Below are positions 48,301 to 57,150 of a stretch of 64,000 nt of DNA, piece after piece. Numbering within the stretch: the first letter of the stretch is position 1; each line of letters begins with the position of its first letter. The stretch comes from Candidatus Melainabacteria bacterium 17Bon1m (GTDB taxonomy: Bacteria > Cyanobacteriota > Vampirovibrionia > Obscuribacterales > Obscuribacteraceae), in the NCBI GenBank assembly GCA_032128875.1, contig JAVLKG010000002.1:64001-128000 (forward strand), written 5' to 3'. The notes under the pieces are model-generated. The model was not told the origin of the DNA. It was given only the letters and a program-made list of their open reading frames with translations, and ran no database searches. A program made the position numbers and the translations under genes.

Positions 48301-49116
48301 TTACATTGCTGTTCTGTAGCAACCTGTCGCTTGCTTCTTACAAGCTCCCTTAACGCGATACGTTGAGTCGAAAGTATTTTCTACTTCTTTGCCATCAATC
48401 ATCAACGTAGAGATGCGGAATTGATCTCCACAAATATATTTGGTTCCGGCAGGAATGTCGGAGATCCTTTTCACTGCTTCCCAGTTGCGGGTGAGTCTCT
48501 GCCCGCAGAGATCGCATAGGTACTGAATGCTTTTCTCTTTGATTACACCGTCTTTCATTTCTTTTAGTGGGACAGAATTGATTACGTCCGCGATGTAGTC
48601 GGTATGGAGGAGCAACACGTGATTGTCATCTATAAGTTGGAAGCAATCATGAAGGTGCTGAATTGAGGCTATAACCCCCTCCGGTGAAGTACCCCAGTGG
48701 TATTCATCCAGCCATTTGCTTAAATCAGCTCTATCTATATTTGACGGTTCAAGTTTCTCGTGAAATTTGTCTTTGGTTTTCTTGTCAAAGTAAAGGTATG
48801 CGAGCTCGTCGTTACCCTCAAACAATTGTGTTCGGGTTAAATCAATTCCTTTCTCCCGCAGATAGAGTAAGGCTCGGTCCATTATTATGCCGTGCCAAAA
48901 GAAATTGGAAGACTTACACTCTGCATTTTTGCTGATGTATTCCCAGAATGGTTTAAACGGCTCATCACTTGCATCTTGTTCGGTTGAGCTTACTGCCACC
49001 GGAATCATATAAGCGCCTTTTGGCTTCTTTTGTGGTTTGGGAATTTGCTCGGCTAGTTTCTTCAACTCTCTGATTTGCTCGTTGCTAAGAATGTATGACG
49101 AAGTGACGGTAGACAT
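48301..49116 (-). CDS. hypothetical protein
   Basis: 271-aa ORF with GAAGG RBS. Confidence 0.65.
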   Translation of the reverse strand: MSTVTSSYILSNEQIRELKKLAEQIPKPQKKPKGAYMIPVAVSSTEQDASDEPFKPFWEYISKNAECKSSNFFWHGIIMDRALLYLREKGIDLTRTQLFEGNDELAYLYFDKKTKDKFHEKLEPSNIDRADLSKWLDEYHWGTSPEGVIASIQHLHDCFQLIDDNHVLLLHTDYIADVINSVPLKEMKDGVIKEKSIQYLCDLCGQRLTRNWEAVKRISDIPAGTKYICGDQFRISTLMIDGKEVENTFDSTYRVKGACKKQATGCYRTAM

Positions 49117-49204
49117 TTTTGAACCTTCTTTCGATGAGTCTTTAAAGCACCGGTCGATTTAGTGTCAGACCTACAAACTGACATCGTTTTACAGTTAAGA
49201 TAGC

Positions 49205-50281
49205 CTACCGATCCAAAGCGGTTCGCGCGAGATCTTCATCGTAAGTAACGCTAGTATTTCCTCCGACAATGATGTCTCGCGCGACAACTGCGCCTTCGAA
49301 CATGCAGTTGCCCGTGCCCATTTCGACTCTTGCATTCGGTGCGTAGATAATGCCGCAGAAGTGTGTGTTGTGATCTAACTTAATGGTGCCTTGTCCGTTG
49401 TACCAAATTTGAAAGTCCGATGCTTTTCCGGATTCGAACGTGCTAGCACCGACGGTTGAATTCACTGCGGATAAGAAAGCATAGCCCTCTGCATTCGCGT
49501 TGTCAGTTAAAAACAGCCGTACGCGCTCCTTCGGAACGACCTGAAGCGATTCCGCAACTATACCGCTGCAGATATAGTCGCCTTTGCCTAACGTCAATCT
49601 TGCTTCGCCGCCTCGCGAGTTTTTCTTAATGAGCGCGGTAAGGTCGTAAATTTCATTTTCAGCAGGATGAATCGCTTCAAAAAAGCGGTCCTTAACTTCC
49701 GGATTTACAATGACTCTCTTGTTGGCGGAAGGTCGAAGTACAGGAAGTAACGGCAAGACGGGATGCGGTGGGCAGGGTGGAGCACCGTAGTGCGCAAAGC
49801 GGAAACCGCCAGTGGTGTATTTGAATCCATCAGCTTCTTCGAACACCTGCGATCTTTCGACATCAGCTTTGCCGTAACAGCCTAAAATCGCTGGGTTGCG
49901 TTCGGCGCCTCGTCCTGACCGACCTGCTGAAGAGCTTCTTGTTTGCGTGTCTGCGTTTCCATTGAAGGTAAGATTGCGGGTGGCAAACATACAAAAACGC
50001 AATACATAGTCAGGTCTGCAGCGCGGGCTCCCGCCGCTAACAGGATGACTACCTGATCTACCAAATGGAGCTGCTTGGCGGGATGAATTTCTGGGGGACG
50101 CCGGGCGCTGTACGTAGCCACCACCTGGCGCTACTAACATTTCGGTGGGAGAAATCAGTGTCGGTGGTTTTCCATCAGGGACACTTATGGTCATTTTTCC
50201 TTGTGCAATGGCTGTACTTGGCATTAGCAGCGACAGCGCGCTCAATGTAAGAATCATTCCTTTGCTGAAAGAGTTAGTCAT
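49205..50281 (-). CDS. exported protein with C-terminal beta-solenoid/adhesin-like domain
   Basis: signal peptide; FCGIIYAPNA.V....FEGAVVA..I..G...V.YD. Confidence 0.7.
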   Translation of the reverse strand: MTNSFSKGMILTLSALSLLMPSTAIAQGKMTISVPDGKPPTLISPTEMLVAPGGGYVQRPASPRNSSRQAAPFGRSGSHPVSGGSPRCRPDYVLRFCMFATRNLTFNGNADTQTRSSSAGRSGRGAERNPAILGCYGKADVERSQVFEEADGFKYTTGGFRFAHYGAPPCPPHPVLPLLPVLRPSANKRVIVNPEVKDRFFEAIHPAENEIYDLTALIKKNSRGGEARLTLGKGDYICSGIVAESLQVVPKERVRLFLTDNANAEGYAFLSAVNSTVGASTFESGKASDFQIWYNGQGTIKLDHNTHFCGIIYAPNARVEMGTGNCMFEGAVVARDIIVGGNTSVTYDEDLARTALDR

Positions 50282-52320
50282 TTTGAATCCTGCTGAATCA
50301 GTCCGTATTGCTTCAATTGTTCTTGCCTGCTTTGTTTTAGTCGCTCGATGTAGTCTGCGCTGTAGGTGGCGAGCGATTTGTCGAACTGCTCATCGGAAAG
50401 CGCAAGAATTTTTTTCGCAGGTGAAGACTTTCCTTCCTTCTGTAATTTCGCCGCATGCTTCAGATAAATTTCTGCCAGATCTCTCGAAAAGTCAGTTTTC
50501 TCAGGAAAGTCAACCAAGGACTTTTGCGCATAAAGCATCAACGCTTCGCCGCTTTCGAAGTCGCCGGCGCGGCAAAATTCTTTGCAAATGGTCTTGACTG
50601 GGTCGGCTGCCGCTGAAACGTCGTCTTCGAATTGGGTATGGTTTTTGGCTACGACGTCGATCAATTTACGAATCCAGGGTTCAGCTTCTTTTGGCTTGTT
50701 CTTTCGATCATATTCTTGAGCAACATTTTGAAAGCGATAAAGGCCGCCTCTCTTTTTGAATAAATCAGGATTGCCCTGCATGATTGAGAAGACCTGTTCG
50801 ATTATTGAATTCGCCTTTTCAAAGTTGTCTATTCTCACGTAAAAAGTCGCAACACCGAGCAAATGATTTGCCGTATTGGCATCTTTTAGAGTAAGCGAAG
50901 CTAGCTGCTCTTGCGCAACTTTATTTGCGTTCTCGATATCACCAAAACGCTCATACATTTGACGCAATTCTTCGCTGAGTGAGTTATATGTGTCGACATT
51001 GTCTGGACAAACCTGTTTCACTTTGTTTCTGGCATATGACAAAAAGCGAATTGCTTCATCGTTACGATGCATGTCCACAAAATAGCGAGTTACATCGGAT
51101 AGTTGACCACTAAAGCCGCCCCTTCGTCTAAGAGTGCTACCGGTTTTATCTGTGCACATTTTTGCCAGGTCTGCGTCTATGAAGTCGTAAATGATTTGTT
51201 CATCAGCCTTTGTTTCCGCTTTTCGCAACGCTGAGGTAAAACCGCCCCACATAGTGCGCGTCACATCGTAATCTATGTTGATGGCAGGCATATCACGATA
51301 GAGCTTAATCACGGATCTGTATTGTTCGAACGCTTTGGCTTTGTCTCCAGCCGATAGCAGCGCAGCCGCGTTTTGCAAGCGAGCTGCGATTAGCCCGTGC
51401 GGATCAACCTCCGCGCGTTTCTCTGCCTGTTGAGCTTTCTGAGTTGTTGAGATCAAATACTCATTTTTTTCTCTTGCGTGTTCGGCTGTTGAAATTTTGT
51501 CGAGATTTGCTAATTCTGCAGTATTGTGCAGCTTGTTGAGGAGTTGGCGATAATTGCCCAAGAACTTCTTCTTCATTCGGCGCACTTGATCTGTATCGGA
51601 CGTTGAAAGCGCGCTCAGGGTAGAACGCCCGATGGCAACCAACTTATCTGTGTCCTTTTGAGTGCAATAAACATCGAGCAGCGCGAGGAGAGTATCGAAT
51701 ACGTCGCTACTCAGCCCAGCCGTTTTCAGTCCCAGTTTGAAAGATGATTCCAGCATGGTTTTGCGCAAATCGTCAGTCAATATCGCCGAACCAGACTTCG
51801 ATCCGCCTTCTACCACGAAGAAGGTGTCGGGCGAAGCAGCCATGTAGAGCCACTCCGCTGCGGTCATGTTGTCCGACTTCTTTCCGGGTGTAATTGGCGC
51901 AGTGTTTGCGATGGTAATTGCTCGTTGTAAATTGCGAAGACCGTCATCGAGCCCCGGAAGCGCTGCAAGCTGCACTAAGATTGGAACAAGTTGAACGCTG
52001 TTTGCTCCGCTGCTTTTTTCGATATCGGATAGCCGCTTCAGCAGCTTGAATTTGGTTTCTTGCCGCACGTCTTGCGCTAGGAAGAGCGTGGCGCGCAACT
52101 GCAGCGCTTCTACGTTTGGGTCTGTGGAGCGCGGAATTGTTTCGTTAGAGGCGGGGATTTTGCCCCACGCTTTGTAGGCTTCATCGATTTGCTGTGCGTA
52201 AGAGTTTTCTCGTGCTGCTGCTGCTGTTGCTGCGACCGCCTTTGGCGGAACAGCCAGAGGTGCAAGGCACAACGCCACAGCCATTAATGCGCCATAGATA
52301 TGATGATTCCTTTGCGACAT
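50278..52320 (-). CDS. large exported alpha-helical/TPR-like protein
   Basis: signal peptide, helical repeats; 4-bp ATGA overlap with the downstream gene. Confidence 0.7.
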   Translation of the reverse strand: MSQRNHHIYGALMAVALCLAPLAVPPKAVAATAAAARENSYAQQIDEAYKAWGKIPASNETIPRSTDPNVEALQLRATLFLAQDVRQETKFKLLKRLSDIEKSSGANSVQLVPILVQLAALPGLDDGLRNLQRAITIANTAPITPGKKSDNMTAAEWLYMAASPDTFFVVEGGSKSGSAILTDDLRKTMLESSFKLGLKTAGLSSDVFDTLLALLDVYCTQKDTDKLVAIGRSTLSALSTSDTDQVRRMKKKFLGNYRQLLNKLHNTAELANLDKISTAEHAREKNEYLISTTQKAQQAEKRAEVDPHGLIAARLQNAAALLSAGDKAKAFEQYRSVIKLYRDMPAINIDYDVTRTMWGGFTSALRKAETKADEQIIYDFIDADLAKMCTDKTGSTLRRRGGFSGQLSDVTRYFVDMHRNDEAIRFLSYARNKVKQVCPDNVDTYNSLSEELRQMYERFGDIENANKVAQEQLASLTLKDANTANHLLGVATFYVRIDNFEKANSIIEQVFSIMQGNPDLFKKRGGLYRFQNVAQEYDRKNKPKEAEPWIRKLIDVVAKNHTQFEDDVSAAADPVKTICKEFCRAGDFESGEALMLYAQKSLVDFPEKTDFSRDLAEIYLKHAAKLQKEGKSSPAKKILALSDEQFDKSLATYSADYIERLKQSRQEQLKQYGLIQQDSK

Positions 52321-52368
52321 ACCCTTTATGTTCCACCAGAAGACATAATTTCGTCAAAATTCCTAATT

Positions 52369-52974
52369 CTACAAATCTGTTCCGAACTTGGTCATAACGA
52401 TTGAGAAGAGGGACAGACCAAGTTCCATCAAGACTACAATGACCACTCCAGGAAGAATTAGCTTTTCGTAGCGAGGCTTCTCTCGTTTTTCCAGCTTCGT
52501 TGCAATGAAATTTCGGAAAGTGACGTATTGAGAATCCGAAAGGCATCTTTTGGGAATTACATAGAACTGATGCTGGCTGGTGAACAAGCAAATAGCCGTG
52601 CCGACATCTGCCCATTTTACGAACTGAGACCAGTCAGATTCAAAATTAAAGTGTGAACCTTGCAGCCTGAAGCCCGATTCTGAAAGCGAGTACTTTTGCT
52701 CACCGTTGTACATAGGGGTGGTTAACAGCTTCTGAATGTGTTTCTTCAACGTGAGGTGGCGCCAAATTACGCACATCGCGCCAAAGCCACCCAGAAAAAG
52801 ACAGGGCGTGTTGAAGAAATTACCTGGGACTAAAGCCAACAAAGTTGGGGGAATTGTCATCCACGCAATTGGACGCCAGAACTTCAATAGACCGCTGAAT
52901 TCAATGAGTGGGACTTGTAAATCCTGTTCCTGCAGTTGTACGTTGTAAGAGATTTCTGGATTAAGAGTATTCAT
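52369..52974 (-). CDS. YcxB-family membrane protein
   Basis: 2 TM, then SESG..WSQF..YVIPKR motif. Confidence 0.75.
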   Translation of the reverse strand: MNTLNPEISYNVQLQEQDLQVPLIEFSGLLKFWRPIAWMTIPPTLLALVPGNFFNTPCLFLGGFGAMCVIWRHLTLKKHIQKLLTTPMYNGEQKYSLSESGFRLQGSHFNFESDWSQFVKWADVGTAICLFTSQHQFYVIPKRCLSDSQYVTFRNFIATKLEKREKPRYEKLILPGVVIVVLMELGLSLFSIVMTKFGTDL

Positions 52975-53088
52975 CGAGTCGTTCTCAATTTAGAAAAGAG
53001 GATGGCACCCGTATAACGGATGGCACGCTTCTGGTTCAGAATTTGGTTAGCATCACCGTCAAAGTACTTATGCCGCTTTGTTTCCGGT

Positions 53089-54702
53089 TTACTTCCAAAC
53101 ATTCCGCGCGGCGTCTTCATCGTCTTGGTCAAGTGCTAACCGCAAAAATGCGATTCGTGCTTCAACATCGTCGGGGAATTCTTTGAAGATCTGCTTAAAT
53201 CCCCGCTTTATTCTATCCCAATCGAATTTACCGTCATGGTGATAAGGTTCAGCGTCTGAACCCTTGAAAAAGTAGTTCCATGCAAAGCGCGCATAGAGTT
53301 TATCCCCATTTGCACCGCCAACGGTATCGCAGCGTTTTGTTATGAAGGCTTTTTGTTCACCAGGTTGCCCTAACCAGTACGCGCCTAAGAATCTCGCTGC
53401 CCACGAATCTGAGCTGAAATAGGTCGGCCATTTGCTATTAGCCTGTTTAGCCAATCTTTGTACTTCAGCTTTGTTATCTTCCAAGTTTGCTATTCGAATG
53501 AGCGGTATATAGGCATACGGATTTTTGCTTGTAAGTTCTGGCGTAGATTCGAATACCTTCTTCGCTTCCTTCATCAACCGTGGCTTTCTTGGATCATTAT
53601 TCTCCAGGGCGACATAACGATAGATGTGCAAATTTGCCAGCCCTGCACGGGCGATCATCGAGTTGGGTCGTTTTTGCAGGTAGGTGTTGAGATCAAGCTT
53701 GAGCTGGTGATATGGAATGTCCTCGACCTCTTCTCCTTGGTCGAGCCCAAACATATGGTCATCCAACAGCCAGAATCCGTTCCAATACTCGGTTTTCTTG
53801 GCGATGTATTCTTCGCCAATTCGATCCAGCTCTGCAAAGTTTCCTTTGTTCAATAATTTGCGAGACTTGAAAACATTGTTGAGGCTGTCATTTTCTTTCC
53901 GAAATCTGAGTCCGGAAAGCAACTCATCCCAACCGCGTTCTCGGTCGTCATCATTGCCCGATACGTCGCGGTTTTTGAAATAAGCGTCGACCGCTTCCTT
54001 GTACCGATGCTCGACAGCGCGAATGTGGGCGAGCATCGCATAGCAAAACCAGTCCGTGCTCCGGGCTGAGTCTTTAGTTTCTGCTGCCTTGATGCAACGA
54101 TCTATTAATTTGTCCGCCTCGGCGAAGCGCCCAACGTCCGCGTAAATCATTGCAAGACCAGAAGCTTTAAATACTGTCTGTTCGTGGTCAGGACCGAACG
54201 CAGCTTCGGCTACCTTCACCGACATTTCCTGATCTTTCACGCCGTCCGGCTTAGTCGGATCTTGCTTCCAATGATAGTGGCGCTCTGTTGCACGGTCTTG
54301 CCAGGCGTGGGTGAGTTGATCGGCCACAGCTGCATTTGTGGGCGGTTCTTTCTCACCTAGCTTGATGGCTTTGTCGATTTGCTCGTCGGCTCGCGCAATT
54401 TCATCTTGCTGGTACAGCGACATGCCGTACACCCGATACATGCGCATTAAAATGTCTGATGCTACATTTGCCTTGATCGCATCATTAAATACCTGTTCGA
54501 CGCGCGTGCGACCAACATCGCTGTTGCTTTTCGCCACAATTAGCGCCTTGTTGAGCTCGCCGTTCCAGTAGAAGAGCACGGCGTAGTGCCCGAAGAGCAT
54601 CCAACCGACTACGCCGCCGCAGATGGTCAAACAGAGCAACGTAAACAGGACCAGCTTAAGCCAGGATTTCTTGGGCTTGGTTGCGGTGCTGCTAGGGGGC
54701 AC
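53089..54702 (-). CDS. membrane-anchored TPR + DUF4034-like protein
   Basis: N-terminal TM, FGPDH TPR, W.G.PGE..LYAR..DWDRIKRGF; GTG start. Confidence 0.7.
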   Translation of the reverse strand: MPPSSTATKPKKSWLKLVLFTLLCLTICGGVVGWMLFGHYAVLFYWNGELNKALIVAKSNSDVGRTRVEQVFNDAIKANVASDILMRMYRVYGMSLYQQDEIARADEQIDKAIKLGEKEPPTNAAVADQLTHAWQDRATERHYHWKQDPTKPDGVKDQEMSVKVAEAAFGPDHEQTVFKASGLAMIYADVGRFAEADKLIDRCIKAAETKDSARSTDWFCYAMLAHIRAVEHRYKEAVDAYFKNRDVSGNDDDRERGWDELLSGLRFRKENDSLNNVFKSRKLLNKGNFAELDRIGEEYIAKKTEYWNGFWLLDDHMFGLDQGEEVEDIPYHQLKLDLNTYLQKRPNSMIARAGLANLHIYRYVALENNDPRKPRLMKEAKKVFESTPELTSKNPYAYIPLIRIANLEDNKAEVQRLAKQANSKWPTYFSSDSWAARFLGAYWLGQPGEQKAFITKRCDTVGGANGDKLYARFAWNYFFKGSDAEPYHHDGKFDWDRIKRGFKQIFKEFPDDVEARIAFLRLALDQDDEDAARNVWK

Positions 54703-54755
54703 GAGAGGTCCTCAAATATTGGGGTCTGTTTTAAGGTGCGAGATTGTTCGAGCGG

Positions 54756-54779
54756 GCATATGAATAAAGTACCCAGTTG
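54756..54779 (-). promoter_or_regulatory. conserved 24-bp upstream element, copy 2
   Basis: GCATATGAATAAAGTACCCAGTTG; 54 nt from the 54702 start. Confidence 0.6.
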
Positions 54780-54791
54780 AGTACGTGGAAG

Positions 54792-57080
54792 ATGCACGAA
54801 AATCCTGAAAAAGTTACCGGCGACACCCCTAGGGATGATGAAGCCTTGTCCGACAAGCGATTACAGGTTGGCGCGCTTATCGACGGGCGGTATGAAGTGC
54901 TTGCGCATATCGGCTCGGGCGGCATGGGTGAGGTCTATAAGGTACTGGATAGGGAAACGCAGAAGTTTTTCGCGCTCAAGATGATCTCGCCACAACTGGC
55001 GGAGAAGAAGATTTTGGCGAAACGGCTGGAGCACGAGGCGCACGCCGCTCGGACACTTGTGCATGGCAACATTGTTTCTGTTTACGATGTGGGAGCGTCC
55101 CCGGATGGCGCGCCATATTTAATTATGGATTACGTCGAGGGCGACGGGTTGGACCTGCTATTGAAGGCTGAGACATGCCTGTCGCAGAAGCGGGCGCTGC
55201 CGATTTTTATGCAAATTGCCGAGGCGCTGGTGCATGCGCAGCAGAAGTCCATCGTGCACCGCGATTTGAAGCCGAGCAATATTTTGATGACGAAGACGCC
55301 CGAGGGCAACGACATGGTGAAGATTGTCGACTTCGGCATCGCGAAGATTTCGGACCAGGACGGCGCCGACAAGACGAAGCTGACGCAGACGGGAGAGCTG
55401 CTGGGGACGCCGCTATACATGAGCCCGGAGCAATGCACCGGTGATGAGATTGATGCGCGCTCGGACATTTATTCTTTCGGCTGCATTATGCATGAAGTGC
55501 TCAGCGGCAAGTCGCCGTTTGCTGCGGAGAATTCTGTCAAGGTTATTTTGAAGCACCTGAATGATGACGCGCCGCCGCTTCCAAATAATGTTGGCATAAC
55601 GGCTGACATGAAGGAAGTGATTGCGCGTTGTTTGGAGAAACATCGGGACAATCGCTACAAGACGCCAGTTGATTTGCACATTGATCTAGAACGCATTTCG
55701 GACGGGCGGCCGATTCGACCGCACGAGCGAAAGGTGAAGACGAAGCCGAAAGATGCGGGCAAATCGCGCGTGCCGGCGCTTGTTGGTTTGATGGCTGGTC
55801 TGCTTGTTGTTGCGGTTGGTGGCACATATGCTTTCTTCAGCATGCAGCCGAAGCCCGAGGCGTCGACGGCTGGTTCTTTCCAGCGTGCTGAGAAGTATTT
55901 AGATAAAACACTTACACAGTGGTCGAATGAAATTGAGAAAAATCCGGATGACCCGACTTTGTATTTGCATCGCGGCGAGTTGCATGCCATGCGCGATGAG
56001 CGAACGAATGCGATTGATGATTTTACTGAAGCGCTGAAGTTGAAGCCGAATTATTTGCAAGCTTATGCGAGTCGGTGCTTTGAATACATGATTCTTGCGC
56101 AGTACGATAAGGCGCTTGCTGACGGAAATAAGTTGATTGCTTTGGCGCCGGATTCGGCGGAAGGTTATGCGAAGCGCGGCATGGTGTATGAGTCGTCGGA
56201 GATGTTCGGCGAGGCGGTGGCTGACTATCAGCGCGCGATTGCGCTTGTTCCGAATAATGGCTACTACTATTACGGCGCCTCGATGAATTTGCTTCGCCTG
56301 GCTAAGTATGACCAGGTCGAGAAATATTTGAAGCGGGCGATTGAGCTTGGTGATGAGAATGGCACTTACAGTGCGAATCTCGGGACGTGCTATACATTTC
56401 AGCAGAAGTACGATGACGCGTACAAATACTTGAATTTCGATCCGGCTGATCCGAAGGTGCGCGGAGTAGAGTGGGGTCAGGCGTCGTACTATTATGTTTG
56501 CGTCGGAAAGATGGATCAGGCAATGAATGCGATGGCGCAATTGAAGGCGCGTGAAACTTTCCCGGCGCGATCGCATCGTGTTGCCGGCGAGATTTTTCGG
56601 TGCGCGGGACAGCTTGAGAAGGCGATGCAGGAGCTGAGCTCTTCGACGAGTCTCGAGGAGTATCCGCCGGGCTACCGCGAGAAGGCGGTCGTGGCTTTTA
56701 CGATGGGGCAAACGCGCTCGGCGCTCAATGACTTGAAGAAGTCGATTGCGTTGAACGGGAAGTCTTCTACTACGCTGACTTGGTTGGCGCGAGTGGAGAA
56801 TAAGCTCGGGTCTAAGAAAGAAGCGGAGCAACATCTGGCTCAAGCGTTTTCGCAGAAAATGGTGGCACCCATTAGCTATGTGAATAGAGCGGCGGTGCGG
56901 TTGGAAAATGGTGACGCGAAAGCAGCGCTTGCCGACGCAGATACTGCCGTGAAGCAGGACCGATGGCTAAAGGAGGGCTATGAGGTCCGGAGTGCGATAC
57001 GGGAGAAACTCGGCGATGGGGCGGGCGCAGCGAAAGACGCGGAAGAGGCGAAGAAGTTGATCAGTCATTTTGATCTTTGA
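54792..57080 (+). CDS. Ser/Thr protein kinase with TM and TPR domain (paralogue 2)
   Basis: GSGGMG, HRDLKPSN, DFG, YMSPE; colinear with 25175..27442 through to the terminal SHFDL. Confidence 0.95.
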   Translation: MHENPEKVTGDTPRDDEALSDKRLQVGALIDGRYEVLAHIGSGGMGEVYKVLDRETQKFFALKMISPQLAEKKILAKRLEHEAHAARTLVHGNIVSVYDVGASPDGAPYLIMDYVEGDGLDLLLKAETCLSQKRALPIFMQIAEALVHAQQKSIVHRDLKPSNILMTKTPEGNDMVKIVDFGIAKISDQDGADKTKLTQTGELLGTPLYMSPEQCTGDEIDARSDIYSFGCIMHEVLSGKSPFAAENSVKVILKHLNDDAPPLPNNVGITADMKEVIARCLEKHRDNRYKTPVDLHIDLERISDGRPIRPHERKVKTKPKDAGKSRVPALVGLMAGLLVVAVGGTYAFFSMQPKPEASTAGSFQRAEKYLDKTLTQWSNEIEKNPDDPTLYLHRGELHAMRDERTNAIDDFTEALKLKPNYLQAYASRCFEYMILAQYDKALADGNKLIALAPDSAEGYAKRGMVYESSEMFGEAVADYQRAIALVPNNGYYYYGASMNLLRLAKYDQVEKYLKRAIELGDENGTYSANLGTCYTFQQKYDDAYKYLNFDPADPKVRGVEWGQASYYYVCVGKMDQAMNAMAQLKARETFPARSHRVAGEIFRCAGQLEKAMQELSSSTSLEEYPPGYREKAVVAFTMGQTRSALNDLKKSIALNGKSSTTLTWLARVENKLGSKKEAEQHLAQAFSQKMVAPISYVNRAAVRLENGDAKAALADADTAVKQDRWLKEGYEVRSAIREKLGDGAGAAKDAEEAKKLISHFDL

Positions 57081-57150
57081 GTTGTAAAGTCGCTTTCATG
57101 CTAGATGAGGCTTTTCGTTCACGAGAAGCATTCATCAACATCTGAGGTCA

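Noticed and set aside
49163-49183. TGTCAG-N9-CTGACA inverted repeat
   Set aside because: Single 6-bp-arm instance; could be chance, and no cognate regulator is adjacent
55899-56843. 314-aa minus-strand ORF
   Set aside because: Antisense shadow of the GC-rich kinase-TPR gene; Arg/Ile/Leu-biased with no motifs
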